DNA from: a virus
Reading direction: 5' to 3' (one strand)
DNA: 64,000 nucleotides
Virus record (IMG/VR): IMGVR_UViG_3300045988_138996
Location: 1 to 64,000 of that record
Shown: positions 9,858-20,137 of the stretch, piece after piece
How positions within the stretch are numbered: position 1 is the first letter of the stretch
Layout: each line of letters begins with the position of its first letter
Translations under genes and position numbers: made by a program
Notes under the pieces: model-generated
Told to the model about the DNA's origin: nothing
The model's input: the letters and a program-made list of their open reading frames with translations, nothing else
Database searches by the model: none

Positions 9858-10442
9858 GTGAATAATTTCATTAATATAGCCGGAACTCTGTGTGACATTA
9901 AAAAATCTCACACAGAACGTTCTGGTCAAGATATATATTCTGCTAACGTTAGTATGAATATTGAAAAGAAACATATTAAAGTACCTGTTCAATTTAAAGA
10001 TAATGTTAAACAGGTCTATAATTTAAAAGAAGATTCACACGTAAATTTGTACGGTGAATTACGAACAAAAAATCTTAAACAAGATAATGACAAAAGCAAA
10101 CTAAGTGTATTTGCTTTTATTACACAAGGTAATCGACAAGTTAGTAATTATAACGAAGTCGTATTAACTGGTTTTATTTGTAAAAAAAGTAAAATCATTA
10201 ATAAGAAAAGTCATAATATCTGTAGCGTGATCATTGCTGTTAAACGTAATAATGATACAGTACATGACTTTATTCCTTGTGTCGGTCACAATTTAAATGC
10301 TAATCTATTTCGAGATATGAAATTACGAACTAATATTAAAGTTATCGGTAAATTTGTTAATCGAGAATATTACGATCACAAAGAACAATGCACAAAGACG
10401 ACTTACGAAGTGCTCGTAAGAGATATTCAGGTGTTACCATGA
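9858..10442 (+). CDS. hypothetical protein
   Basis: ORF track. Confidence 0.45.
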   Translation: MNNFINIAGTLCDIKKSHTERSGQDIYSANVSMNIEKKHIKVPVQFKDNVKQVYNLKEDSHVNLYGELRTKNLKQDNDKSKLSVFAFITQGNRQVSNYNEVVLTGFICKKSKIINKKSHNICSVIIAVKRNNDTVHDFIPCVGHNLNANLFRDMKLRTNIKVIGKFVNREYYDHKEQCTKTTYEVLVRDIQVLP

Positions 10443-11188
10443 TCAATCTTCATAAACCAATCGTACGATTCGAAAAAGATTCGTTATATCGCGTGACAAA
10501 AGAACCCGATACATATCTTAAAATAGAAAATCGTGTATATTATTTTTACACACGATTAAACAATTATCTTAATTATAATATGCATATGCGATATCTAATC
10601 GTTACTAAGCAAGGATACTATAAAGTAGTTAATGGCGAGATGTTCGATATTGGGCGAAAACAAAAAATCATCACTTTATCTAATAATGACGATGAAATTG
10701 TGGCAATCGAACCATTATACTCAAATTTATTCTACGTTGTCACGACACATAATAAAATTCTTTTAGTCGATATCGAATTTAAGCCAATGAACTTACGTAC
10801 GACACGTGAAAGTGCCGGTAAAAAGAATCTTGTTAAATTAAGCGACGGCGAAGAAATTAAACTTGTTCTTAATCGTTTCTATGAACAAGAACTTAATAGC
10901 CTACTTATTATTAGCGATCGTGGAGAAATTAAGGTCATCGACGATGCCCCACATCGAAGAAAAGGTAATTTGCCGAAACCTATCTCCAAAGATATCCCAA
11001 TTAAATTAATCGTTCCTTTAAATAAATTAAATAATTCAATTATCGGTATCGATAATTATATATATTTACTTAGTGAATATGATTTTAAAGATTACGTTAA
11101 AAAATATAACGGAATGTTTAAAAAATATCCTAAATTTAAAGGAAAAGTATTTACGAACTATGAGCTCGTTAAAGGTGTAACATATTAA
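10439..11188 (+). CDS. hypothetical protein
   Basis: ORF track 10388..11188; preferred start is ATG 10439, which overlaps the upstream stop (ATGA). Confidence 0.45.
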   Translation: MINLHKPIVRFEKDSLYRVTKEPDTYLKIENRVYYFYTRLNNYLNYNMHMRYLIVTKQGYYKVVNGEMFDIGRKQKIITLSNNDDEIVAIEPLYSNLFYVVTTHNKILLVDIEFKPMNLRTTRESAGKKNLVKLSDGEEIKLVLNRFYEQELNSLLIISDRGEIKVIDDAPHRRKGNLPKPISKDIPIKLIVPLNKLNNSIIGIDNYIYLLSEYDFKDYVKKYNGMFKKYPKFKGKVFTNYELVKGVTY

Positions 11189-11481
11189 TGGACACAACTC
11201 ATTTAGAAACGTCTTTAGCTTCGTATGTCGGTATGTTCTCTCAGACATTACAGGGAACGAATACCGAAAAGAATCAAGCAATTATTAGCACTTTTTTAAA
11301 AGTAATTAATAATTTAATGAATGCCGAAGACGTACAAAAAGATGTTGCTATTAAACCTATAATTATGTTAGTATTAGAATACTTAGTAGACTATAATAAT
11401 TTGCTTGCTAAAAATGGTAAAGCCGATCAAGATGTAGCTACGGCAATTAAAGTACTTAATACTATTTCGAATAGACAATAG
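11188..11481 (+). CDS. hypothetical protein
   Basis: ORF track; start overlaps the upstream stop. Confidence 0.4.
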   Translation: MDTTHLETSLASYVGMFSQTLQGTNTEKNQAIISTFLKVINNLMNAEDVQKDVAIKPIIMLVLEYLVDYNNLLAKNGKADQDVATAIKVLNTISNRQ

Positions 11482-11490
11482 GAGGGTTAA

Positions 11491-12666
11491 ATGGCAAGAA
11501 AAAAAGCAGAAGTCGTTGTCGAAGATAAAACTAAAGTAACTGATGTAGAACGTAGAAAACGTATCGAATTAGTAATGGCTAATCTTCGTAAGAAAAATGA
11601 TGGTATCGTTGTCGGGAAATTGACAGATCCTGAAGTTCAAGAACAAATTCATATTGAATTTATTCCGACGCCGTCAATTAATTTTAATTCTGCAACTGGT
11701 GGTGGTATTCCTAAAGGTAATATTTGTATACTCGCAGGCGTTGAAGATTCCGGGAAGACATCATTAGTTCTTGAAACAATCGGTAAGATGCATCGTGAAA
11801 ATCCAGAAGGTCATTTTGCCTTATGGCTTGAAAGCGAAGCATCATTAAATTTAGATTATATGGTTAATCAGTTTGGTATTGATCCAGAACGATTTTTCTT
11901 TATTCAATTCGATCGAAATCATTCGGCTGAACAATGCTTAGATCAAGCTGAAGCATTATTACAAACCGGTGTTATTGATTTATTCTGTATTAATACATTA
12001 AAAGCATTAATTCCAGAATCTGAAATGAATAAATCAATGGAACAAGTTAATGTCGGTGCTGCTGCGCGTATGAATAGTCGTATGATGGGTAAATTTGTAC
12101 CACTAATTAAACAATATAAAACAGCAATGGTATTAGTTCAACATTTAACGACTAATATCGGTGGTTTTAGTATGTATGGCGATAATTTGATTTTAGCTGG
12201 CGGTCGTGCTATTCGCACAGCAAGTATGTTAACTGTCGAAATGCGTAAGGCAAGCGTATTAGATACTGATCCTATTGGAAAAGAAGATGGTATCAAAATC
12301 AATTGTAAGATTACTAAAAATCACTGCATTCCAAGAGAGTTTCCATATCGTAAATTTACGTATTATGCAATCTTTGGTGAAGGTATCGAACAAATCCTTA
12401 GTACCCTTGATGAATTAATCGATATGGGTGTTATTCATAAAGCTGGTGCTTGGATGCAACAGCTTGATCCAGAAACTGGAGAAATTATCGATAAGTGGAA
12501 TGGTCGTAATGCCTTTAGAGAAGACATGAAAGCTAATCCTGATAAACTCGAGAAACTTAAATCTTTAGTTCATGGTAGTTTCGAAACGCTTAGCGAAGAA
12601 GAAGTCGTCGAAATTAAAGAACAAGAAAAATTAGCCGAAGAAGCTGAAGAGGCTACTAATGGCTAA
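11491..12666 (+). CDS. RecA-family recombinase
   Basis: GGGIPKGNICILAGVEDSGKTSLVLE (Walker A in RecA context), LVQHLTTNIGG, acidic C-terminus. Confidence 0.8.
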   Translation: MARKKAEVVVEDKTKVTDVERRKRIELVMANLRKKNDGIVVGKLTDPEVQEQIHIEFIPTPSINFNSATGGGIPKGNICILAGVEDSGKTSLVLETIGKMHRENPEGHFALWLESEASLNLDYMVNQFGIDPERFFFIQFDRNHSAEQCLDQAEALLQTGVIDLFCINTLKALIPESEMNKSMEQVNVGAAARMNSRMMGKFVPLIKQYKTAMVLVQHLTTNIGGFSMYGDNLILAGGRAIRTASMLTVEMRKASVLDTDPIGKEDGIKINCKITKNHCIPREFPYRKFTYYAIFGEGIEQILSTLDELIDMGVIHKAGAWMQQLDPETGEIIDKWNGRNAFREDMKANPDKLEKLKSLVHGSFETLSEEEVVEIKEQEKLAEEAEEATNG

Positions 12667-13282
12667 TTGTTTATTCGGAGATCAGTGGTATACATGTCTT
12701 ACTATTACGGGAAATAAATGTACAGAATGTATCAAACATGACTCTGAAATAAGTAAAAAAAAATTAAAACAAACTAAATTTAAAGCCCGTCCGGATAAAC
12801 GGATGGGCTCAAAATTTGAGTTAAAGAATCATAATGCTAACGAAGCTTTAGTTAACGATGTCGTTAATCGTATGACTCCTAATAGTGGAGCTGGTAAGAT
12901 AAAAGGCGACCAGGAAATTAAAGGAATTATTAGCGTTAGCGAAGAATTAAAAACTCAAGTAGCTGAAAAAGCTCGCGGAAAGAAAACATTTACGATCCAT
13001 AAAGAATGGCTTGACAAATTAAAGCGAGAATCTCAAGATCGAGAATTCTACTACTTAAAGTTTTGTTTTCATGAAAGTGAAGATAATGTATTTGTCGTCG
13101 TCGATCAAGAAATCATTATGTCAATGATAAAAACTATGATTGAGGACCGGAGAAAGGCTAATAATGCTGATCATTTGATACGATTAGCTAATCTTGAACG
13201 AGATAAAGTAATAGCTGAAAATAATTTGTTGAGAGCCGAGAAGGCATTATTGGAGGAAAAATTAAATGAGCCTACTGAATGA
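12659..13282 (+). CDS. putative PD-(D/E)XK / Hjc-like resolvase-type nuclease with N-terminal Cys cluster
   Basis: GSKFE..R..PNSGAGKIKGD..VSEELK resembles the E..SG..D..ExK layout of Hjc/RecU-type nucleases. It sits next to the recA-like gene. Confidence 0.35.
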   Translation: MANCLFGDQWYTCLTITGNKCTECIKHDSEISKKKLKQTKFKARPDKRMGSKFELKNHNANEALVNDVVNRMTPNSGAGKIKGDQEIKGIISVSEELKTQVAEKARGKKTFTIHKEWLDKLKRESQDREFYYLKFCFHESEDNVFVVVDQEIIMSMIKTMIEDRRKANNADHLIRLANLERDKVIAENNLLRAEKALLEEKLNEPTE

Positions 13283-13889
13283 AGCTCGTAGTAAACATGC
13301 CGAACGCATCTGGAATGAATATTTAGAAAATTACAAACAGTATCCAGTGCCAGAATACGTAAAGCAAGACTTACTGCTTCCTATCAATTCTGAACCTGAA
13401 AAGCGTAGCGATATTTTAATTATTAAAGATCCGTATCCAGAAAGTACGTCGGTATTTAATAAGGATCATGTATATGCTTCAGTGTTCAAGGTATTAAATA
13501 AGAATATTCCGATTAAAGGTAATACTGTTATCGATTGTTTACCATATACTCCATTCGTTACGATCGGAGATAAAATTAAATATCGTGCGCCAAATCTTGA
13601 AGAGCAAAAGATTGCACGACAATATTTATATGAATTAATTGATTGCATTAATCCTAAGCTAATTATCCTGTTCGGAAATATTTCTTTACATATGTTTAAA
13701 GAAGATAGTACTATCTTAAAAGATAGAGGTACGGCTTTTACCAGTATGGGTCATTTGTTTTTTCCAATGTATAGTGTAAATTACATTAAAAAATTGGAAG
13801 GAGAGATGAAGAAAGAAGCCGAATCTGTTCTAATTAAAGATATCGAAACGTGTAGTGCACTATATAAAACAATTATGGAGGAAAATTAA
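13266..13889 (+). CDS. uracil-DNA-glycosylase-superfamily-like protein (divergent)
   Basis: Weak pattern match only (LIIKDPYPE.., LIILFGNISL.., FFPMYSVNYI in place of the HPS motif). Confidence 0.3.
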   Translation: MSLLNEARSKHAERIWNEYLENYKQYPVPEYVKQDLLLPINSEPEKRSDILIIKDPYPESTSVFNKDHVYASVFKVLNKNIPIKGNTVIDCLPYTPFVTIGDKIKYRAPNLEEQKIARQYLYELIDCINPKLIILFGNISLHMFKEDSTILKDRGTAFTSMGHLFFPMYSVNYIKKLEGEMKKEAESVLIKDIETCSALYKTIMEEN

Positions 13890-14611
13890 TGCCATTAGAT
13901 AAAGATTTTGATCTATTTGACGAAATTGAAAACGAAGAAGTACCTGGTCTAGATACTGAACTTAAAGAAGAATCTAAACCAGATCTTATTACAGATGAAG
14001 ATACTGTTACTGTAGAAGAAGCAGTAACAGAAGAAACTAATGAAGAATCTATTAAGGAAAATGAAGATGAAGTTGTCGAAGACAACGAAGATAAAGAAGC
14101 GCCTGCTATAGAACCAATTAAGAAAATTAAAACGACAGGTGAAACATTTAATCGTATCAGTGATTTTATTGTCAATCCTGTAGCTGACGATGAATGGGAA
14201 CGCTTTAAAAATGATACTTTGATTAAAATGTCTGGCATTCAAATTAAAGAGAATATTCCGCCTAACGTTATTTTACATGTAGCAGCAGATTTAGATAGTA
14301 TGTATAGTTCTATCTATGATAAATACATGGAAACTAAAACTGGCCTTGAAAATCTTACGAATAAAGAAGACGGTATTTTAGCTGTAATTAAAGCAACAAA
14401 TGCTAAAGGTTCTAACGAAACAGAACGTAAAGCCAATGGTGTTGCTGCAGCTGAAAAATATAAAATCGACAAGACTACTGTTAATCTGTTCCATTTGATT
14501 GCTGAAACACGTAGTCGTTTGAATTTCTTGCAAGGGATTATTGATCAAGTTCGCTTTAAAAAAGATTTATTAGTGACAGCATCTGCTGCAATTAAAGTAT
14601 TAAATAAGTAG
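13889..14611 (+). CDS. hypothetical protein with acidic N-terminal region
   Basis: ORF track. Confidence 0.45.
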   Translation: MPLDKDFDLFDEIENEEVPGLDTELKEESKPDLITDEDTVTVEEAVTEETNEESIKENEDEVVEDNEDKEAPAIEPIKKIKTTGETFNRISDFIVNPVADDEWERFKNDTLIKMSGIQIKENIPPNVILHVAADLDSMYSSIYDKYMETKTGLENLTNKEDGILAVIKATNAKGSNETERKANGVAAAEKYKIDKTTVNLFHLIAETRSRLNFLQGIIDQVRFKKDLLVTASAAIKVLNK

Positions 14612-14679
14612 ACAAATAGCTTCTTTTAAGATATAATAGTTGTATAAACAATGTAAGTATTTTAAAAGGAGCTTTCTCT

Positions 14680-15306
14680 ATGCTAACACTTAAAGAAATT
14701 TTTCAAACAAGAAATATTACTCAAGACTTTTTTAAGTCTAATAAGTATGTAAATCAAGGCGCATCATATTTAAGTATCGATGATGTTACTATGATTCTTA
14801 ATGAGTTGTTTAATGGCAACTGGTCTTTTGAAGTAGTACGTACTTGGTCAGAAACATATCTAGCTTATAATCAAGAAAAATCTGATAGTAAATTAGAAGA
14901 CACATATTTCTATGCCCACGGTCGTTTAACTATTAATACATTAAACGAAGACGGATCTCCTTTACAAATTATTAAAGAAGATATTGGCAGTAATTGTGTT
15001 CGTAAATCTGATAAAAATAACCGTATGGATTATTCTAGCGGGTATAAATCTGCTGTAAGTAGTGCTTTAAAAGGCTGTGCTGCTAATCTAAATATAGCTG
15101 TATTTAAAGATGATAATTTCGACAATATTAAAGAATTTATTAATAAGAAAAAACTTAAAGCTTATAAAGCTCAGGATGGCAAACGTTTTAGTGAAACTGT
15201 AACTAAGTTTGCAGAAAAAAATAATATTAGTCCGAAAGAAGCTTTAAACGATCGTAAATTCTTAAATATGCTAGTATTATACATCGAAAGAGAACACTTT
15301 GAATAA
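14680..15306 (+). CDS. Rad52/Sak-like single-strand annealing protein
   Basis: YLSIDDVTMILNELFNGNWSFEV and KSAVSSALKGCAANLNIA resemble the conserved Rad52-family blocks. Confidence 0.45.
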   Translation: MLTLKEIFQTRNITQDFFKSNKYVNQGASYLSIDDVTMILNELFNGNWSFEVVRTWSETYLAYNQEKSDSKLEDTYFYAHGRLTINTLNEDGSPLQIIKEDIGSNCVRKSDKNNRMDYSSGYKSAVSSALKGCAANLNIAVFKDDNFDNIKEFINKKKLKAYKAQDGKRFSETVTKFAEKNNISPKEALNDRKFLNMLVLYIEREHFE

Positions 15307-15349
15307 ATAGAATTATTAATAGAAATATTTATATAAGGAAACAATACTG

Positions 15350-16504
15350 TTGTTAAAAAGTTTTAAAACTGAAATTAATCCTACAAAAAAACAAATTATA
15401 AAAATAAATAAAACTATAGGAGCTTGCCGATATGTTTATAATTTTTATATTGCTTATAATAAAGAACTTTATGAAAACAATAAAGAATTTATGTCTGGAA
15501 AAAGTTTTAGTGTTTGGCTTAATAATGAATATATTCCAAACAATCCAGATAAAAAATGGATTAAAGAAGTATCATCTAAGTCTGTTAAAAAATCAATAGA
15601 AAATGGTAATACTGCTTTTTTAAACTTTTTTAAACATAAAAGTAATTTCCCTAAATTTAAAAAGAAAAATAATTCTAATATTAAAATGTATTTTGTTAAA
15701 GATAATAAGACTGATTGTCTATGCGAACGTCATAGAATTAAAGTTCCAACTTTAGGTTGGGTTCGTTTAAAAGAAAAAGGATATATTCCTATATCTAAAG
15801 ATGGTTTTATTGTTCGAAGCAGAACTATTTCATATAAAGCTGGAAGATATTACATATCTGTTTTAATTGATATGCCAGAACAAAATACTCAAATCAATAA
15901 TAATCCTGGCATTGGTATAGACTTAGGATTAAAAGAATTTGTTATTTGTTCAGATAATTCTATTTTTCAAAATATAAATAAAACAAATAATATCAGAAAA
16001 GTAGAAAAGAAATTAAGACGAGAACAAAGAAAATTATCTCGTAAAATTATTTTAATAGAGAAAGGGGAACCTGCTCAAAATAATTTTGTAAAACAAAAGT
16101 TAAAAGTACAAAAGCTTTATCAAAGATTAACTAACATTAGAATAGATTATTTAAATAAAACAATAAATAGTATAGTGAAAACTAAGCCATCTTTTATTGT
16201 TATTGAAGATTTAAATATATCTGATATGATGAAAAATAAACATCTTTCTAAAGCTGTAGCACAACAAAAATTCTTTGAATTTAAAACTAAATTAATTAGT
16301 AAATGTAAAGAATATAACATTGAATTAAGAATTGTAGATAGATTTTATCCGTCATCTAAACTTTGTCATAATTGTGGTCATATTAAAAAAGATTTAAAAC
16401 TATCTGATAGAATTTATATTTGTTCTGAATGTGGTTACACTGAAGACAGAGATATTAATGCAAGTCTTAATTTAAGAGATGCTAAAACTTATACAATTAT
16501 ATAA
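15350..16504 (+). CDS. tnpB: TnpB RNA-guided nuclease (IS605 OrfB family)
   Basis: N-terminus LKSFKTEINPTKKQ; RuvC D (GIGIDLGLKEF), E (IVIEDLNISDM), zinc finger CHNCG..CSECG, RuvC-III EDRDINASLNL. Confidence 0.85.
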   Translation: MLKSFKTEINPTKKQIIKINKTIGACRYVYNFYIAYNKELYENNKEFMSGKSFSVWLNNEYIPNNPDKKWIKEVSSKSVKKSIENGNTAFLNFFKHKSNFPKFKKKNNSNIKMYFVKDNKTDCLCERHRIKVPTLGWVRLKEKGYIPISKDGFIVRSRTISYKAGRYYISVLIDMPEQNTQINNNPGIGIDLGLKEFVICSDNSIFQNINKTNNIRKVEKKLRREQRKLSRKIILIEKGEPAQNNFVKQKLKVQKLYQRLTNIRIDYLNKTINSIVKTKPSFIVIEDLNISDMMKNKHLSKAVAQQKFFEFKTKLISKCKEYNIELRIVDRFYPSSKLCHNCGHIKKDLKLSDRIYICSECGYTEDRDINASLNLRDAKTYTII

Positions 16505-16680
16505 TAAATATAATGTATAAGTATGTACCGAAGGCTTATTCGGGAATTTACGACTGTGGAGTATACAAGAACTTGTGAGTAGCATATTTAATTTTATTAA
16601 ATTGCAAAAGCATATACGTTGAAGCAGTAAGTAAAAACTGTGAAGTTTTACAAGTCTCATTATAGATATGTGTCTATAAT
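16505..16680 (+). ncRNA. putative TnpB omega/reRNA scaffold and element right end (may begin inside the tnpB 3' end)
   Basis: ORF-free tail with hairpins CCGAA-GGCTTA-TTCGG and ATTATAGA-N6-TCTATAAT, in the expected position for a TnpB guide RNA. Confidence 0.4.
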
Positions 16681-16896
16681 TTGAGTAGCAGAAAGTGGCG
16701 AATAATGATTATTTCAGATCCAGAGGATAAAGTATATTTTAAATGTCCTCGATGCGGGAATCGACGATTCGAAAAGGTCGAGTTATTTGAGTTCAAAATG
16801 TTCCCACGACAAAATGAATATACTGCATTAAAAGATGCGGATGTTTATCGTTGTCATAACTGTAAACATGTCGTAACGAAAGATCAAGTCCGTTAA
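16681..16896 (+). CDS. small zinc-ribbon protein
   Basis: CPRCGN..CHNC pairs; an alternative ATG start lies at 16705. Confidence 0.5.
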   Translation: MSSRKWRIMIISDPEDKVYFKCPRCGNRRFEKVELFEFKMFPRQNEYTALKDADVYRCHNCKHVVTKDQVR

Positions 16897-16913
16897 GGGC
16901 TTGGTCTTTTTTT
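16882..16913 (+). terminator. intrinsic terminator
   Basis: 10-bp stem GATCAAGTCC/GGGCTTGGTC (two G:U) followed by T7. Confidence 0.6.
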
Positions 16914-16931
16914 ATTAGTATAGGAGAGAAA

Positions 16932-17546
16932 ATGTTAATTAATTTGTACGATTATCGAATTAATATTAGAACGGCTGGCCCATCGATGCACGATAATTTG
17001 CGAAGTGAATTATACTTCGCTGGTTGTCAACGTGCTATGGATGGTACTCCATGTAAAGGTTGTTTTAACTATGATCTATGGCAAAGTGATACAGGTAGTA
17101 TGATCGATCACAAATTAATAGTTCGTAAGTTAAACGACATGGGATCTGTTAAAAGTGTTACGATTGTCGGTGGTGAACCTACTGATCAGATCGATGGCTT
17201 AGTTGAATTATGTAAAGAACTAAAAGCCAACGGTTATCATATCATCGTAATTACTTGGAAATCGTTAGAAGATATTTGGAAGTTTAACGACGTTGATAAA
17301 TATATCGAATTATTTTATCAGATCGATATGTTAGTCGACGGTGTATACGACGAACACCAACGTATCTATGACGATACAGAAACAGTTCCGTTATATAGTT
17401 TTGTCGGTAGTTCTAATCAATTAATTCATGACTTTAGTAAGTATACTAAAGATCATAAAGTTCTTAAATCATATCGCATCACAAAAGATGTTATCGATAT
17501 GAAGATTCGTAAAGATGGAGGGGCTGAATTTGTCCGACGTAATTAA
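16932..17546 (+). CDS. NrdG-like radical-SAM activase paralogue with atypical Cys spacing
   Basis: YFAGCQRAMDGTPCKGCFNYDLW (C-x8-C-x2-C instead of C-x3-C-x2-C) and VTIVGGEPT. Confidence 0.5.
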   Translation: MLINLYDYRINIRTAGPSMHDNLRSELYFAGCQRAMDGTPCKGCFNYDLWQSDTGSMIDHKLIVRKLNDMGSVKSVTIVGGEPTDQIDGLVELCKELKANGYHIIVITWKSLEDIWKFNDVDKYIELFYQIDMLVDGVYDEHQRIYDDTETVPLYSFVGSSNQLIHDFSKYTKDHKVLKSYRITKDVIDMKIRKDGGAEFVRRN

Positions 17547-18006
17547 TATTAAAGAAACGTTAATTAGCACATCATTAATTTTAGATCAAGATAAAAAAGA
17601 CTTTTCTATCAAATACGATCTTACTATCGATGAAGATGATGCTGTATTAAATTTTACAATTACAAATGCTGATAAAAAAGAAACGATCAGCGAACATTTA
17701 GATTGGGACGACGACGTTGTCCCGATGTTAAGTAAATGCATTAAAGGCAAATGTGCATTAACAGATCTAAAACAATATAAAGATTATGTTAACACATTGG
17801 TTGCCGAAAAATTTGTATTAGATTTTCTTAATGGCTTTGTCGACACTCTCGAAGTATTCTACAACGAAGTATGCAAAATTAGTAATCGAACTATTGCCGC
17901 TAAACTTAATAGTGGTTTTACTGGCGCCATTAAGACTATCGATATCTTTGTTTCTCAAATGAATGAATATCTCGAAGAAGATAGAAAAATTAGTTTAGGT
18001 GCTTAA
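17515..18006 (+). CDS. hypothetical protein
   Basis: ORF track; an alternative TTG start at 17530 lies behind GGAGGGG. Confidence 0.45.
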   Translation: MEGLNLSDVINIKETLISTSLILDQDKKDFSIKYDLTIDEDDAVLNFTITNADKKETISEHLDWDDDVVPMLSKCIKGKCALTDLKQYKDYVNTLVAEKFVLDFLNGFVDTLEVFYNEVCKISNRTIAAKLNSGFTGAIKTIDIFVSQMNEYLEEDRKISLGA

Positions 18007-18026
18007 TATTTAATAAATAAAAGGAA

Positions 18027-19670
18027 ATGAAAATGGATAATCTTAAATTAATTAACATGGGTAAGGGTAATGGCTATCGCCCTGTCGTATGGATTAAATC
18101 TTTTGAACGTGAACGTGCGATGTCTTATGTATTTAATCTTATCGACGAAGATAACCGTAGTTTAGGTTCTTCCGATTTAGAAGATTGTTTCGCAGAAACA
18201 GAATCTAAAAAAGTATTAGTTTTGTCTCCTGAAAGATTTTTGGGAGAATTTAATCTTAATTCTTTGAAAAACAAAAAAGAACGTTCTTTCGATTATAACG
18301 AAGACATTAAAATAATCGATACACTTAAAAATAAACAACAAATTCGTAATGCATTAATGGCATTAGAAGCTTTAAAAGAAAACGAATTAAAAGGCTTGCC
18401 TGCATTATTTATTGAACCGAATTTGTTATTTACTAATGAAACGTATTTGTATTTATTTAGCAATATGATTAATTTTAAAGCTGACGGTTCTGCAATTTAT
18501 GTCGTATCAACAGTAAATCCTAATGAAAAAATTAAGAACTTATGCTACGAAGTAGATCTCGATGCACTTACATTAAAAGAAATTAAACGTTACTTAAATA
18601 AATACGAATGTGAAGATGTCGATAAATGTGCCGAAGCTTTATTAGGTCTTACTTATATTCAAATGTTACAAACTATTGAATATGTAGCTAAAGGTAAAAC
18701 TATTAATGAGGCTGATATTCATAAATTTAAATCTGAAAACTTCGATACGAGTATGTTAGAAGTTAGTCATCCAACTATGTCTGTTGACGACATGGGTGGT
18801 TATAAAGAATTTAAAGATTATGTAAAAACATTACCGATGTTCTACACAAAAGAAGCACGCGAAAAGCATATCAAGTCTCCTAAAGGTTTTATTGCCTTCG
18901 GTGTTCCTGGTTGTTCTAAAACTGTATCGGCTAGTATTATCGCAAACACATTAAATGTTCCGTTAGTTAATATTAATTTGAGTAAGATTATGCAAGGCTT
19001 TGTCGGTGCTTCTGAAGCCAATATGGAACAAGCACTTAACCAAGTAAAGCAGCTTAAATACTGTGTCTTGCTTTTGGACGAAGCGGAAAAACTCTTCGGA
19101 GGTTACGCCTCCTCAAATAGTACGGACGGAGGCACTCTTTCTCGTGTTATGAGTCGTTTGTTAACATTCTTACATGAGAATGAAAATACACTTACTATCT
19201 TTACCAGCAATGATATCACGAAATTACCTCCAGAATTATTACGTGCTGGACGTATTGATAGTCAATGGTATTTCCCAGTACCTAGCAAAAAAGAAGCTCG
19301 TGAAATCTTAGATATCTATTTAGCAAAATATGATATCAAAGTAACACCAGCTATGATGAAACATTTAATGTCTGGTATCGATAAGTTTACTGGTGCTGAA
19401 ATCGAACAAACTGTAATTAATTTACAACGTGTATTGTTCTTAAATCAAACAGAAACGTTGACTAAGAAATTAATCGAAGAAGCATTAAGTACTATCGTAC
19501 CAGTAACACGTAGTTCTACCGATGCAATTCGTATGCTCGAAGAACATGCTCGTCGCTTTGCCGTGTATGCATCTAAACCAGAAACTGATCTTATCGATGA
19601 TAATGAAGACGAAGATTATTCTGTGTTTCAAGACGACGAAGAAGACGAAGCCGTAAGTATGTTTAAATAA
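18027..19670 (+). CDS. AAA+ ATPase (classic-clade, Ycf46/FtsH-like module)
   Basis: GFIAFGVPGCSKT (Walker A), CVLLLDEAEKLF (Walker B), TSNDITKLPPELLRAGRID (second region of homology). Confidence 0.8.
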   Translation: MKMDNLKLINMGKGNGYRPVVWIKSFERERAMSYVFNLIDEDNRSLGSSDLEDCFAETESKKVLVLSPERFLGEFNLNSLKNKKERSFDYNEDIKIIDTLKNKQQIRNALMALEALKENELKGLPALFIEPNLLFTNETYLYLFSNMINFKADGSAIYVVSTVNPNEKIKNLCYEVDLDALTLKEIKRYLNKYECEDVDKCAEALLGLTYIQMLQTIEYVAKGKTINEADIHKFKSENFDTSMLEVSHPTMSVDDMGGYKEFKDYVKTLPMFYTKEAREKHIKSPKGFIAFGVPGCSKTVSASIIANTLNVPLVNINLSKIMQGFVGASEANMEQALNQVKQLKYCVLLLDEAEKLFGGYASSNSTDGGTLSRVMSRLLTFLHENENTLTIFTSNDITKLPPELLRAGRIDSQWYFPVPSKKEAREILDIYLAKYDIKVTPAMMKHLMSGIDKFTGAEIEQTVINLQRVLFLNQTETLTKKLIEEALSTIVPVTRSSTDAIRMLEEHARRFAVYASKPETDLIDDNEDEDYSVFQDDEEDEAVSMFK

Positions 19671-19686
19671 GGAATTAGATTAATAG

Positions 19687-20058
19687 ATGGCAATTATTAA
19701 GTTTAATGCTAATGCAAATGCTAAAAAAGAATCTAATTCTGAAAAAGCTAAAGCATTAGCAAAACAATTAAATGAAAAAGCTGATAAAAAATTGAAGGAG
19801 GAGGCGCAAATTCTCATTCGAGATATCAATGTCTGCCTTCAATCTCTTCAAGCTTTCGAAGCATTAACAGAAGACGTATTTCCTGTAAGTGAAGTACTAG
19901 CCGATACATTATCGACTATTACACGAGTTATTGTTGACTCAAAAGGAAATACGTTCTATAATGATAATAAAGCAGTTGAACTTCGTCAAAAGGCGAAAAA
20001 AGGCTATATTAAACGAACTTTTCCTAAAGAATATAAGTTCGTCAAAGAAAATATCTAG
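19687..20058 (+). CDS. hypothetical protein
   Basis: ORF track. Confidence 0.45.
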   Translation: MAIIKFNANANAKKESNSEKAKALAKQLNEKADKKLKEEAQILIRDINVCLQSLQAFEALTEDVFPVSEVLADTLSTITRVIVDSKGNTFYNDNKAVELRQKAKKGYIKRTFPKEYKFVKENI

Positions 20059-20137
20059 GTAATATATAACTATAGTATTATAGTTATTTTTACACATATA
20101 TGTACATATTTTATTTTAAAACAGGAGGACAATTACA

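Larger units (their letters stand above)
15340..16680 (+). mobile_element. tnpB-only IS200/IS605-family-like element (boundaries uncertain, no tnpA)
   Basis: tnpB ORF plus a 176-nt structured non-coding tail that ends in an 8-bp hairpin ATTATAGA/TCTATAAT (16660-16680). Visibly more AT-rich than neighbouring genes. Confidence 0.4.

Noticed and set aside
13873-14242. Two minus-strand ORFs (121 and 97 aa) opposite the acidic N-terminus of the 13889 gene
   Set aside because: These are antisense reading of a GAA/GAT-rich acidic region, which gives Ser/Phe-rich artefact ORFs. There are no start signals.
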